A stretch of DNA of 63,123 bases, filler included, from Octopus bimaculoides (Eukaryota), in assembly GCF_001194135.2 (NCBI RefSeq). It is 8 parts of 7 records of this genome, joined end to end, with 100 filler letters (N's around TTAATTAATTAA, not from the genome) between each part and the next. Parts side by side here need not be neighbours in the genome. Positions count along the whole stretch, not along the records: positions 32,929 to 42,821 come from NC_068997.1; positions 42,922 to 49,210 come from NC_069010.1; 6 more parts are not named here. One strand, given 5' to 3'. Below are positions 34,077 to 48,187 of the stretch, one piece after another; the first letter of the stretch is position 1; every line of letters starts with the position of its first letter. The notes under the pieces are model-generated. The model was not told where the DNA came from and did no database searches. It worked only from the letters and a program-made list of their open reading frames with translations. A program made the position numbers and the translations under genes.

Positions 34077-36732
34077 TAAAAAAAGGAGAAACTAAGTTGA
34101 TTTGTCTTGTGTTTTTTTCAACTATAATCGTCCAGTTTTGGTAATTCTCTGTTGTATGCCCTCGTTTAAACGTGTTAATAGAGGTGTACGACATAGTCAT
34201 ACGCACATACTGATATTCATGTATAATCATATATGCATACCGACATACATACATACTTACATGTACATACATACATACTTACATGTACATGCTTACATAC
34301 ATACATACGTAAATATATAACTGATGGATTAAAATTAATAAAAGGACACACTAGGTATGTCTACCTGCTGGAAATAACAGTCAAAACTTATTTAAATCAC
34401 CAAAATACGCTGATAATAACTACAGAAATTAACCGTCCGAAGGCAAGCATACGACACGCTTTCACACAATTTATATCAACCAAATTCATTCTCAAAATTT
34501 TGGGCAGGTCAGGGTTATAATAGAAGACAATTTCCCCCACAAGTTCCCACGCAGGAGTTATGAACTCGAAAACATGTGGCTGCAAAGCGAGTTTCTTGTC
34601 CATTCAGACATACCTGCGCCATACATATAATTTGCGGTCTTTTTTATTAAAACGGAATACACTATCATCCAGCTATATAGGGTAATACTGAATAAAAATT
34701 CCCTTTCGTAAGTACGCAAGAATCTAACCACGATAAATAAATAATTAGTTCGATTATTACTCGATAATTATTCAATAAATTCTATTTTATATACTCATTG
34801 ATAACCATAAATAAATTATTTCCAATTAAAAGGAAATCAAAAGTGTGTCGTACAATAACAACATAAATACATTAATTAACACTGATAAAACAACTGCGGT
34901 AGTCCATAAAGCCATTATACCATATAAGGGCATAATGCAAATATTTAATTAAGGAAGTAAAACAAAAAGAGAATTGGTGGGAAATTTGACTGGGGACTGT
35001 TGGTGCTGCCACCTACAATTGCTTTTGTAGTAACAGGAGAGACAGAGAGTTTACTAAGAAATAGAAGAGGATGAAGTGTCCCTTTAAGAGAAGGTAACTG
35101 CTTCAGGATTCATGATTTTTTAACATTATTATTATGAGAGGTCCTTTTCTTATGAGTGAGAGAGCATATGAAATGTTTCCATATAATCCATATTTTTTTC
35201 TCTTTTTAAGTGTCTTAGTGGTAGTAGTTGGCGCCATTTCGCCCTCCTTAGAGGCTCCTTGGTACCACGTAGCTTTGAGTCATGAAATTGTTTAGTTTAC
35301 GTTCATTTATTTCATTTAAAACCTTTAGTTAAATAGAATTAATATTATCTTTAAAAAGGCAAAATAATATAATTGTGAAGACGGCGACCTTGCAATGCAT
35401 AAAGGAGTTTCATATTCTTTATTATTATTCTAATAGAATCACCTATTATCAGAAGTAAGCAGAAAAGGAATAACGGGCCGTGTTACTTGATGTGAAGACA
35501 TGGTGAATGTTGTGGGGTCGCTGTTCGCACAACAGACAATATGATACTGTAGAAATTCACATTTTTCGACCTTTTCGAGATGGACACTTGTGCCTGAAAT
35601 ATATACCAGTTAGAAAATTATTTCTTTTTCGCAGTGTAAGATCTTCGTGTTTGTTACTTTTACTATTTTGCTTCTTTATCACAATTCTGCAAGCAAGTTA
35701 CAACGCTCTTCTATTTGTAATATCGCTTGAAATCATGTAGGTGATTAGCATCGCTATGTAGCAGTGAATGAGAAATTTTCTGCTTGACTCCATTATTCTG
35801 CTAATGATTCTGCCAGCTCGCCGCCTTTTCAATCAACCAAATTCACTCACAAGGATTTGGTTGGTCCGGCGTTATATTAGATGGCACTTGCGCTAGGTGC
35901 CAGGCAGTGGGACTGAACCTAGAACCATGTTGTTGGGAAGTAAACTTCTTACAACACAGCCACAAAATAAAATATATGTGTGTGTGTATGTGTGTGTGTG
36001 TGTATTTATGTATGTATGTATGTATGTATGTATGTATGCCTTGTGTGTCTAGGATGTGGTTGTCTGTAAGCGTGTGTGTGTGCTCGTATGTGTGTGTGTG
36101 TGTGTGCGTGTCTATGTGTGTCTGTACGCGTGTGCGCGTATTGGTCTTAATTATATCGCTGCAGACATTCTGGTTCAACTCGTCCTTAGAGCTGATCCTT
36201 CTCATCTTGTTACGTTATTTTAATTACGGGCAATGAGAGAGACAGAGAAACAGAGAGACAAACAGACAAACAGACAGACAGACAGAAACAAAGAGTGAGA
36301 AAAAGAGAGAGGGAGAGAGAGAGAGGGAGAGAGCGAAAGAGATGAAAGTTAGAGTGGGACTGTTGGTTTACGAGCTTTTGATGTTGCTCTTCTTTTAAGT
36401 CTTTTAGAATGCATAGCTTGTTATATACAGGAGATCAAACTACTTCCGCCCCCGTGCAATTCACTTATGTCCTGGGGAACCATATTAAATATCTGAGTTC
36501 GTAGGAATCATAAACATTTGTAAGCACTTTGTCTGCAAACCCTGGACCGCCTTGGTATCAAATGGACTACACACATTGGCTGCTGCTGATGAATTACTGC
36601 CCATTCCATATTTAACATCTGTGGCTCCAGCATCATATATATACGTGTTTGTGTGTGCATATGTGTGTGTGGGTGCGCGTGTATTTATATATGTATACAT
36701 CTGTATATGTATGCAAACACACACACATACAC

Positions 36733-36851
<119 letters not shown>

Positions 36852-38744
36852 CATTTATATATGCATGTGTGTATGTAGGAGTGGATGGCTAGATGTGTGG
36901 GTTTTTGCATATCTCTGTCGCTTTATCTCTAAAGCCTTTGCATATCTCTGGCTTTCGAGCCGCTCGCTAGTGACTTTTCCTTTGATATAAGTTCATTGGA
37001 TCTCCCTTCACTTGTTCCAGTGGTCAGCCTATTATATCAAGCCAGAATTATATCGTGAAAAGAATTACTGAGAACGAGCTGAGCTTATTATCTGGAAGCG
37101 GAGGAGAATTATGAATTTCACATAGAGGCATTATGAAACTTTCAGAATGTATGGTCTTAGGATCGAACTTGCAGGATTCAACATCTGTCAACTTGTAGAG
37201 TAAGGATTTTAAAGTGCAGATATGAGAAGGCTTGAGTGTGCGGTTAAACAGCTTGCTTTGCAATCACGAGGTTTCAGTTTCAGTCCCACTGCGAAATATC
37301 TTGTACAATTATTTTCTACAAAATCCCGGGTCGACCAATTGACTTTTGAGTGAATTAGCAGACGGAAACTGGGGTCGATGTAATCGACTTAATCCCTTGT
37401 TTGTATATANNNNNNNNNNNNNNNNNNNNNNNNNNNNNNNNNNNNNNNNNNNNNNNNNNNNNNNNNNNNNNNNTATACATACATACTGTATAAGATGGAA
37501 TGATTATGGTTGAAACACATTTGATCAAATCTAACCACTGGCCCTGGGCTAAACAAATGCAGTGAAACCTTAAGTACCTTCACCGTGGAACTATGGGTAT
37601 TATGATAAAGAATAATGGACAGATATAGATGAGTTTCCGAACAATACCTCCTTGAGCAAGAATCAGTCCTTCTCCCATTATCTCCTCCCTTTTTTTTTGT
37701 CCTGGAGAGATTGTTAAAACATTTCTTTACATTTGACCAAAATGTTCCATCGCACACTGCAGTGATGGTACTTAAATTTGTTCTACTTCCATAGAGTCTG
37801 CTCTATCGTACTAAATACAATATGTCTGGGAATATAATGTAAAATAAATAAAAAAAATAATCAAATAAAATAAATAAAAAAAATTAGATAAAAAAAATGA
37901 AGGAATGATCACGGTTGAAGCACATTTGATTATTGATCAACGTTGACCTAGGGCTAAACAACATCATCTGCAACAACATATAGGTCTTTTATCTCGAAAC
38001 TAAAAGAAGCCAATATTTTGATTCGTCTTTTTATTTTCTTTCTCTTTCTTTTAGGGGTCAGTGAGTTACTAGAAAACAGTATAGAACCAGACGCAAAAGA
38101 CTTAGTTTCGATCCGCTAAGTTTTTGATTTCTAACTCCATCAAGGGGTCGAACTTTTTTCTTTCATCATTCCTAGAATAAAGGAGATCGATAAAATCAGA
38201 AACTGTAAATATAATGGGATGGAATCCATCCCTTGCCAAACATTAAGTCTTGTAACTAAAAAAAAAAGAAGAAACAAACAAATGCGTAAAACAAAAAATG
38301 ACATAAAAAATGAAAATAGATGATAAAAAATAACTATATTTTAACTTTGCTTGCTTTATTTTTACCAGTTTTCCCAGATATTCGATTTCTTTAGATATTC
38401 AATAATCTTTATTTACTGTTTGATTTTTATTCTTTTTTACTGCCTTATTATTGTTGTTTTTATACTCATGGAATATACCTATGATTAAGAGTGTTCCATC
38501 CATGACTACCCCTACCTTTTTTCTTTTCTTCTTTTTTTAAACAGCATTACACACTCCGACGTATTTTTTTTCTATTTTTATGACGATAAGGTGCGATTTA
38601 AAGGAGACACGGCACCTACATCTAGCACATCGAGCGACTATATTGAGTAGTGATCCAGAACTGGGGTCCAATTTACTCTTGGGGATCCATACAAGATTTT
38701 ATTGTTAAAATTTATGTGCAATAAATTGGTTATAATTCTACAAT

Positions 38745-38990
38745 GTGGAGGCGCAATGGCCCAGTGGTTAGGGCAGCGGACTCGCGGTCATAGGATCGCG
38801 GTTTCGATTCCGAGACCGGACGTTGTGAGCGTTTATTGAGCGAAAACACCTAAAAAAAGCTCCACGAGGCTCCGGCAGGGGATGGTGGCGAACCCTGCTG
38901 TACTCTTTCACCACAACTTTCTCTCACTTTTACTTCCTGTTTCTCTTGTGCCTGTAATTCAAAGGGTCAGCCTTGTCACACTGTGTCACG
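38745..38990 (+). mobile_element. tRNA(Arg)-like-headed SINE, family C (resembles octopus OR-type SINEs)
   Basis: GTGGAGGCGCAATGGCCCAGTGGTTAGGGCAGCGGACTCGCGG head, GTTTCGATTCC B box; homologues at 42985, 46255 and 48015. Confidence 0.85.
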
Positions 38991-39473
38991 NNNNNNNNNN
39001 NNNNNNNNNNNNNNNNNNNNNNNNNNNNNNNNNNNNNNNNNNNNNNNNNNNNNNNNNNNNNNNNNNNNNNNNNNNNNNNNNNNNNNNNNNNNNNNNNNNN
39101 NNNNNNNNNNNNNNNNNNNNNNNNNNNNNNNNNNNNNNNNNNNNNNNNNNNNNNNNNNNNNNNNNNNNNNNNNNNNNNNNNNNNNNNNNNNNNNNNNNNN
39201 NNNNNNNNNNNNNNNNNNNNNNNNNNNNNNNNNNNNNNNNNNNNNNNNNNNNNNNNNNNNNNNNNNNNNNNNNNNNNNNNNNNNNNNNNNNNNNNNNNNN
39301 NNNNNNNNNNNNNNNNNNNNNNNNNNNNNNNNNNNNNNNNNNNNNNNNNNNNNNNNNNNNNNNNNNNNNNNNNNNNNNNNNNNNNNNNNNNNNNNNNNNN
39401 NNNNNNNNNNNNNNNNNNNNNNNNNNNNNNNNNNNNNNNNNNNNNNNNNNNNNNNNNNNNNNNNNNNNNNNNN

Positions 39474-39815
39474 NCGACCCCGAAAAGATGAAATGCAAAG
39501 TCGACCTCTGCGGAATTTGAACCCAGAACATAAAAACAGACGAAATACTGCTGAGTATTTCGCCCGGCGTGCTAAACGCTTCTTATTTCTATACTGCCCA
39601 CAAGGGGCTAAACATAGACGGGATAAACAATGACAAACAAAGGGATTAAGTCGATTACACAACCCCAGTGCGAAACTGATACTTAATTTATCGACCCCGA
39701 AAGGATGATAAGCAAAGTCGACCTCGGTGGAATATGAACTCAGAACGCAAAGACAGACGAAATACCGCTAAGCATTTCGCCTGGTATGCTGACGTTTCTG
39801 CCAGCTCGCTGCCTT
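39474..39815 (-). mobile_element. Two tandem SINE family B copies
   Basis: CGACCCCGAAA(A/G)GATGA..AAAGTCGACCTC occurs twice. Confidence 0.8.
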
Positions 39816-40504
39816 AGTGGGAATATATATTATCTCGATTTCTTTTCTGTTATACATCGACTGGCTATGGAGGTTCAGTAGAATACATAGTTGTCCAAGG
39901 GCCGAAAACTACTGATATAGGGCCACCATCATCAGCTCAAGTTCTTGTTTAGCTTTTTGTCTTGCATTTGGTTACTATAGTTGTCGTTACTGGTAATATT
40001 TAGGTCCAGTCCAACGTTAAACAACAGATCTATGACCAAAAGCATTTCAACCGTGACCCTCTCCGCTTATTGTTTCCTATGTGTAGAGAACACCAGACCG
40101 TATTATCAAATGTGGCATTATCTAAGACGGTAATCTGCAATTTGGGGACAATATTGTTGCTATTTCTAGCAGGTCTGGTTTACCACATCTCATCGAGAAT
40201 TTACCGGTGATTGGGGTGTTTGAGTAGTGTGAATACCTTTGTTTTCGGCAGCAGCATCTCTCGGGATGGACGGCTACCCTAGTTCTCCCCCTGACTCTCA
40301 CTTTTGTCTCAAAGAACATTCTCAGTCACACCCAAATAATTGCTTCTGCATACCTACCTACCTACCTACCTACATACATACATACATACATGCATGCATG
40401 CATATGTACATATAACAGAATATACGTAAAAACAACAACAGACGAGGACAGGTGGTGTAAATAACAAAAGTATATATTAGTATGACGCTCGGGAATACGG
40501 AAAG

Positions 40505-40541
40505 TCTTTGACGTTTCGAGCTACGCTCTTCAACAGAAAGA
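40505..40541 (-). ncRNA. Minimal hammerhead-like motif with variant core (second copy; host repeat about 40400-40580)
   Basis: Minus strand TCTTT-CTGTTGA-A-GAGC(GTA)GCTC-GAAA-C-GTC-AAAGA. Confidence 0.55.
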
Positions 40542-40779
40542 ATACGGAGACAAGGAGAAAAACACGGAGAAAAAAAAATTGAATAGTGTCCAGTCAACGG
40601 TCAATCATACGAGAGTATTGTTCCGGTGAAGATTTCGTCTTTTGCATATCAGGAATTTTTGCGCTCAATTCTTGCTTCCTTCTTTTAATATAGGCCTCTG
40701 AAGAAATTTGGCTGCTATTCTTAACAGGTCAAGTAACACAGGAACTTCCTGGCTGGCTCATTGTTATTTCCAGTACTGC

Positions 40780-41218
40780 AGATAATGGTATAGTTGGCTA
40801 TAGTGGTAGTGATGGTTGTGGTAGTGTTCGTAGTAATGGTGATTGTTCCAGATGTAGTGTCCATGATGGTGGTGACAGTACTGGTTGTTGTGTGGTGGAG
40901 CTGGAGGTGTAGTGAGGATTGTGTAGCGGTGATGGAGGTGGCGGTGGCATCGATGGAGGTGGTTGTGAGGATTTTTGTGGCAGTGTTGCAGAAGTAGCTG
41001 GTATGATGGTAATTTTATTGCTGGTAGTGGTGGACTGAAAGTTGTTGTGGTAGTGGTGTGTTAGTGTAGTGGTGTGGGTGATAGTGCTGTCTGTTGTATT
41101 GGTGATAGGCGTAGTCGTTGTGGTGCTGGTGTTGGTGTTGGTAGTGGTGGTGTTGTATTAGCACTGGTGTTAGTGTGGGGCTGAAATTCATATGGTGATG
41201 ATGATGCTAGTGGTAGTG

Positions 41219-41253
<35 letters not shown>

Positions 41254-41267
41254 GGTGGTGGTGGTGG
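40780..41267. repeat. GTG/GTA-rich low-complexity tract
   Basis: Direct reading; similar tracts at 42680-42820, 51180-51790 and 57355-57437. Confidence 0.85.
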
Positions 41268-42349
41268 NNNNNNNNNNNNNNNNNNNNNNNNNNNNNNNNN
41301 NNNNNNNNNNNNNNNNNNNNNNNNNNNNNNNNNNNNNNNNNNNNNNNNNNNNNNNNNNNNNNNNNNNNNNNNNNNNNNNNNNNNNNNNNNNNNNNNNNNN
41401 NNNNNNNNNNNNNNNNNNNNNNNNNNNNNNNNNNNNNNNNNNNNNNNNNNNNNNNNNNNNNNNNNNNNNNNNNNNNNNNNNNNNNNNNNNNNNNNNNNNN
41501 NNNNNNNNNNNNNNNNNNNNNNNNNNNNNNNNNNNNNNNNNNNNNNNNNNNNNNNNNNNNNNNNNNNNNNNNNNNNNNNNNNNNNNNNNNNNNNNNNNNN
41601 NNNNNNNNNNNNNNNNNNNNNNNNNNNNNNNNNNNNNNNNNNNNNNNNNNNNNNNNNNNNNNNNNNNNNNNNNNNNNNNNNNNNNNNNNNNNNNNNNNNN
41701 NNNNNNNNNNNNNNNNNNNNNNNNNNNNNNNNNNNNNNNNNNNNNNNNNNNNNNNNNNNNNNNNNNNNNNNNNNNNNNNNNNNNNNNNNNNNNNNNNNNN
41801 NNNNNNNNNNNNNNNNNNNNNNNNNNNNNNNNNNNNNNNNNNNNNNNNNNNNNNNNNNNNNNNNNNNNNNNNNNNNNNNNNNNNNNNNNNNNNNNNNNNN
41901 NNNNNNNNNNNNNNNNNNNNNNNNNNNNNNNNNNNNNNNNNNNNNNNNNNNNNNNNNNNNNNNNNNNNNNNNNNNNNNNNNNNNNNNNNNNNNNNNNNNN
42001 NNNNNNNNNNNNNNNNNNNNNNNNNNNNNNNNNNNNNNNNNNNNNNNNNNNNNNNNNNNNNNNNNNNNNNNNNNNNNNNNNNNNNNNNNNNNNNNNNNNN
42101 NNNNNNNNNNNNNNNNNNNNNNNNNNNNNNNNNNNNAGGTGGTTAGGGTGGTGGTGGTGTGGGTGATAGCCTTTGCTGGGTGGGGCTGAAGGGTTGATAC
42201 TTGATTTTCCGATTGCTTGGAGAATGCAAACGGGTGAGTAATCTTATTGAAATAGTCGCTTACCCTACCCCACCGGCACAAACACACACACACACAAACA
42301 CACATAAAGATACGCAAATACACTCATACGCACACACACACACACACAG

Positions 42350-42399
<50 letters not shown>

Positions 42400-42984
42400 A
42401 CACACAAATATACATACAACAACATATACGCGCATTTTCAATCACCACTGCTAAAACTCCACACACATATACACAAACAAGAGCACTCAGTTATACGCAC
42501 ACAAACATACACATATCTAGAAATTCACTAATGCACACAAAACACACATACACAGTCTAATGCGCGAACACACACACACACATACAGTCTAACGGACACA
42601 CACACACACACAATTAGACATTTTTTTTCTTTTCTTTTTCAAAAGAGTCAAAGCATTTTTTGTGTCGATTGTTGTTGTTGTTGTTTTTTTATCCTAACAC
42701 ACCACCACCGCCAACACGACCACAACCACTACCACCACTACCACCACCTCCAGAACAACAGCCACCAACAGCACAACAACCACAGCAAACAATACCACCA
42801 CCACCACCACCACCACCACCANNNNNNNNNNNNNNNNNNNNNNNNNNNNNNNNNNNNNNNNNNNNTTAATTAATTAANNNNNNNNNNNNNNNNNNNNNNN
42901 NNNNNNNNNNNNNNNNNNNNNAGTCTCACTGTCATACAAGCAGTGTCGTTAATTTCAAAACTTTTGTCATGAACATGTCTGGAC

Positions 42985-43350
42985 TGGCACTCCGTCGCTT
43001 ATGACGTCGAGGGTTCCAGTTGGTCCGATCAACGGAACAGCCTGCTTGTGAAATTAATGTGCAAGTGGCTGAGCACTCCACAGACACATGTACCCTTAAC
43101 GTAGTTCTCGGGGTATATTCAGCGTGACACAGAGTGTGACAAGGCTGACCTCTTTGAATTATAGGCACAACAGAAACAGGAAGTAAGAGTGAGAGAAAGT
43201 TGTGGTGGAAGAGTACAGCAGGGTTCCGCCACCATCCCCTGTGGAGCTTTTAGGTGATTTCGCTCAATAAACACTCAACGCCCTGTCTGGGAATCGAAAC
43301 CGCGATCCTATGACTCTGCTGCCCTAACCACTGGGCCATTGCGCCTCCAC
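42985..43350 (-). mobile_element. SINE family C, full length, with 13-bp TSD
   Basis: TSD AACATGTCTGGAC at 42972-42984 and 43352-43364. Confidence 0.9.
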
Positions 43351-43730
43351 AAACATGTCTGGACATAGTGGAAATATTATCTTGCTTGGAAAAAGGTGCA
43401 GATTAACAACAGCAAGGGCATCGAGCTGTAGAACAATCTAAATCTGCTTCAACCGATTACATCTGACCCATGCCAGCATGGAAAAGTGGATGCTAAATGA
43501 TGATGAGGATAATTATATATAAAAGTCTCCCTAAGCCAGTTGTTTTTGGAAAACAACCAGAAAATTTAACAAAAACATGAAAAATTTTACAAAATGATCC
43601 CTTGGACATTGACTGTTGAGGAATTAGCTATGAATTTTGTGTGTTATGGTTTTGTCAAACTTTTCATGTTTTTGTTGAATTTTGCGGTTTTGTTTCTTTT
43701 TTAATCTTATATATATATATATAATCGTGA

Positions 43731-44162
43731 TGGCACCTGTACCAGTGGAGCACTAAGAGCACCGTCTGAGTGCGATCGTTGCCAGAGCAGCTGTCTGACT
43801 TCCATGCCAGTAGCACGTAAATAGCACCAACGTCGCCTTCCTGACACTTGTGCCAGTGGCACGTGAAAAGACATTCGAGCGAGATTATTGCCAGTGCCGA
43901 TGGACTGGCTCCTGTGCAGGTGACACGTAAAATACACCATTTCGAACATGGCCATTGCCAGTACCCCTTGACTGGCCTTCGTGCCGGTGGCACGTAAAAG
44001 CACCCACTACATTCTTGGAGTGGTTGGCATTAGGAAGGGCATCCAGCTGTAGAAACTCTGCCAAATCAGATTGGAGCCTGGTGTAGCCATCTGGTTCACC
44101 AGTCCTCAGTCAAATCGTCCAACCCATGCTAGCATGGAAAGCAGACGTTAAACGATGATGAT
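43731..44162 (+). mobile_element. RTE-tailed non-autonomous retroelement with internal TGCCAGT minisatellite (relatives at 44718-44800 minus, 45061-45307 plus, 48976-49210 minus)
   Basis: Tail AACCCATGCTAGCATGGAAAGC.GACGTTAAACGATGATG shared with the 44718 and 48976 copies; the TGCCAGT minisatellite is shared with 45061-45307. Confidence 0.75.
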
Positions 44163-44883
44163 ATATATAAGTTAGGATTGTTTAACCATTTGAGCGATAG
44201 GCTAGAAGTGTTTAAGCAACTAAGGGATAGTTAAATCCGAAGGCACTCCTGGAGATTACTTGTGTGGGTACCGTCTTTGTTAGAAGGTATCCAGAGGCAG
44301 GTAATTTATTGTTTAAACCGCAGTTTATAATTATAATTAAGTGGAGAATGGAGAAACAAACACAGGAAGAAGCAGGTCGATTGCGCTAGTTAGCCATTAA
44401 TTTAATCAATTATGTAATATATATATATATGTATATACATATATACAAAGTATGGAGGTTTAGTTCACAGGTAATCTAAACGATTAGGTACGTTAGGTAA
44501 GTGCTGTAATGGATTATTAGGACTCCAAGGTTATAGCTGGAACGGTTGTTATGAAACCATTGCAGATTTCCGATGCAGTGGATATATAATTGTTAAAGAG
44601 GACAACAAACATTAAGGCAAGGCAAACATTTCAAGTCTTATACATTATTATTATTATTGGAAAAAATTCAAAGACTTTGTATATATATATATAGATATTG
44701 ATATATATGTGTGTGTGTCATCATCATCATCATCAACATCGTTTAACGTCCGCTTTCCATGATAGCATGGGTTGGACGATTTGACTGAGGACTGGTGAAA
44801 CCTGAGATATATATATGTGTATATACATATATATATGTGTATATATATGTATATACATATATATATGTATATACCTATATATG

Positions 44884-44914
<31 letters not shown>

Positions 44915-44923
44915 ATATATATA

Positions 44924-45060
44924 CGTGGCTGTGTAGTAAGAAGCTTGCTTGCCAACCACATGGTTCTGGGTTCAGTCCCACAGTGTGACACCTTGGGCAA
45001 GTGTCTTCTACTATAGCCTCAGGCTGACCAAAGCCTTGTAGACAGAAACTGGAAGAAGCC
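44924..45060 (+). mobile_element. SINE family A 5' part
   Basis: Homology to the 4596 copy. Confidence 0.8.
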
Positions 45061-45768
45061 CATCTTTCTGGCACTTGTACCCGCGGCATGTCTAAGGACT
45101 TTCGAGCGAGATCGTTGCCAGTGCCCCTGGATTGGCTCTTGTAGGGGAGGCACATAAAATACACCATTTTGAGCGTGGCCATTGCCAGTACCGCCTGACT
45201 GACCTTCGTAGGATTTTCGAGCGAGATCGTTGCCAGTGCCCCTGGACTGGCTCTTGTGCGGGTGGCACATAAAATACACCATTTTGAGCATGGCCGTTGC
45301 CAGTACCNNNNNNNNNNNNNNNNNNNNNNNNNNNNNNNNNNNNNNNNNNNNNNNNNNNNNNNNNNNNNNNNNNNNNNNNNNNNNNNNNNNNNNNNNNNNN
45401 NNNNNNNNNNNNNNNNNNNNNNNNNNNNNNNNNNNNNNNNNNNNNNNNNNNNNNNNNNNNNNNNNNNNNNNNNNNNNNNNNNNNNNNNNNNNNNNNNNNN
45501 NNNNNNNNNNNNNNNNNNNNNNNNNNNNNNNNNNNNNNNNNNNNNNNNNNNNNNNNNNNNNNNNNNNNNNNNNNNNNNNNNNNNNNNNNNNNNNNNNNNN
45601 NNNNNNNNNNNNNNNNNNNNNNNNNNNNNNNNNNNNNNNNNNNNNNNNNNNNNNNNNNNNNNNNNNNNNNNNNNNNNNNNNNNNNNNNNNNNNNNNNNNN
45701 NNNNNNNNNNNNNNNNNNNNNNNNNNNNNNNNNNNNNNNNNNNNNNNNNNNNNNNNNNNNNNNNNNNN

Positions 45769-45814
<46 letters not shown>

Positions 45815-46254
45815 GGGCCTATACATGAGCCGCCACTAACCAGGACTAACAAGTACATATAACATACAGAAAATAGCACAACCAAGCACCGCACACATCC
45901 TATATAAAAACACTTTCAATACAGCAAAAATAAGAGCACCACAACAAACCACAGCACATACCCAAGGCACACAGAGCTGCACTCGGTAGTGAAGTGAAAG
46001 CACGTTATAATAATAAGACTACTGAATGATATAAATAAAGCTTGAAGAGAAGAACATATAATGCATGTAGTTATTTGACAAACAGAGAATTAAAAAATGA
46101 CCATCCCATAAAATATATACTTATATACCTTGCTGATGCACAATGTTGTTGGGAAGCAAGCTTCTACGCCACAAAACCACGGCTGTACACAGAACCATGG
46201 CTTGTGTCAATAATAAACAAAGGAGGGGAGATAACTCCCGTTGTACTGTTAACC

Positions 46255-46449
46255 GTGGAGGCGCAATGGCCCATTGGTTAGGGCAGCGGACTCGCGGTCA
46301 TAGGATCGCGTTTTCGATTCCTAGACCGGGCATTGTGAGTGTTTATTGAGCGAAAACGCCTAAAAAAAGCTCCACGAGACTCCGGCAGGGGATGGTGGCG
46401 AACCCTGCTGTACTCTTTCACCACAACTTTCTCTCACTCTTACTTCCTG
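46255..46449 (+). mobile_element. SINE family C (cut by gap)
   Basis: Near-identical to the 38745 copy. Confidence 0.85.
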
Positions 46450-47397
46450 NNNNNNNNNNNNNNNNNNNNNNNNNNNNNNNNNNNNNNNNNNNNNNNNNNN
46501 NNNNNNNNNNNNNNNNNNNNNNNNNNNNNNNNNNNNNNNNNNNNNNNNNNNNNNNNNNNNNNNNNNNNNNNNNNNNNNNNNNNNNNNNNNNNNNNNNNNN
46601 NNNNNNNNNNNNNNNNNNNNNNNNNNNNNNNNNNNNNNNNNNNNNNNNNNNNNNNNNNNNNNNNNNNNNNNNNNNNNNNNNNNNNNNNNNNNNNNNNNNN
46701 NNNNNNNNNNNNNNNNNNNNNNNNNNNNNNNNNNNNNNNNNNNNNNNNNNNNNNNNNNNNNNNNNNNNNNNNNNNNNNNNNNNNNNNNNNNNNNNNNNNN
46801 NNNNNNNNNNNNNNNNNNNNNNNNNNNNNNNNNNNNNNNNNNNNNNNNNNNNNNNNNNNNNNNNNNNNNNNNNNNNNNNNNNNNNNNNNNNNNNNNNNNN
46901 NNNNNNNNNNNNNNNNNNNNNNNNNNNNNNNNNNNNNNNNNNNNNNNNNNNNNNNNNNNNNNNNNNNNNNNNNNNNNNNNNNNNNNNNNNNNNNNNNNNN
47001 NNNNNNNNNNNNNNNNNNNNNNNNNNNNNNNNNNNNNNNNNNNNNNNNNNNNNNNNNNNNNNNNNNNNNNNNNNNNNNNNNNNNNNNNNNNNNNNNNNNN
47101 NNNNNNNNNNNNNNNNNNNNNNNNNNNNNNNNNNNNNNNNNNNNNNNNNNNNNNNNNNNNNNNNNNNNNNNNNNNNNNNNNNNNNNNNNNNNNNNNNNNN
47201 NNNNNNNNNNNNNNNNNNNNNNNNNNNNNNNNNNNNNNNAAACACATACAGACGTGTTTATATATGTGGTGCGTGTGTGCACGCTGGTGTGAAATAATTC
47301 AAAATTATGTCGTTTCAAGGGAGGTAACTCTCAAAGTATAAAATGGCCAGCAATGTCTGTCTTGTAAGACAGATAGGCAGGCAGATATGTACGAAAG

Positions 47398-47439
<42 letters not shown>

Positions 47440-47554
47440 CAGACAGATAGACAGACAGATAGACAGACAGTGAACAGTAAAAAATACTTTCCATTCTTAT
47501 ATTTTTATCATTTAGTGATCCTATGTTCTTAAATCTTAATTGCTTTAACTAATA

Positions 47555-47790
47555 GGTGTAGGAGTGGCTGTGTGGTAAGTAGCTTGCTTACGAACCACAT
47601 GGTTCGGGGTTCAGTCCCACTGCGGGGCACCTTGGGCAAGTGTCTCCTACTATAAGCCTCGGGCCGACCAACGCCTTGTGAGTGGATTTGGTAGGCGGAA
47701 ACTGAAAGAAGCCTGTCGTATATATGTATATATGCATATGTATGTGTGTGTATGTGTTTGTGTGTCTGTGTTTGTCCCCCCAAGCATCGC
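47555..47790 (+). mobile_element. SINE family A
   Basis: GGTGTAGGAGTGGCTGTGTGGTAAGTAGCTTGC head. Confidence 0.88.
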
Positions 47791-48014
47791 CTGTAAAAGA
47801 GTAAAAGAGTAATAGTGAGAGAAGCAGTATTAATAATTAATAGCAGCCAAAGCAGTATTAATTACCAGAAAGTGATCTTAATCTCTGGAAGAACCTCACA
47901 TATGGACTCGTGCTGCATAAAAGCATTCGTAATTATATCATTGAGACATAAACCATCTTCTATAGCCACTGAAACTGTAAGATCAAGTGATTTCACCCTG
48001 CTCTGGGTTCTACA

Positions 48015-48187
48015 GTGGAGTGCAATGGCCCAATGGTTAGGGCAGCGGACTCGTGGTCATAGGATAGCGGTTTCGATTCCCAGACCGGGCGTTATGGGTG
48101 TTTATTGAGCGAAAGCACCTAAAAGCTCCACGAGCCTCCGGCAGGGGGATGGTGACGAACCCTGCTGTACTCTTTCACCACAACTTT
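48015..48187 (+). mobile_element. SINE family C, 3'-truncated
   Basis: Homology to the 38745 copy. Confidence 0.85.

Noticed and set aside
36485-36635. Possible coding exon ([14 protein letters not shown]..)
   Set aside because: No family recognised, no clear splice sites, and the ORF is extended only by microsatellite.
38745-38820. tRNA-Arg gene
   Set aside because: The tRNA-like head continues into a SINE body in all four copies.
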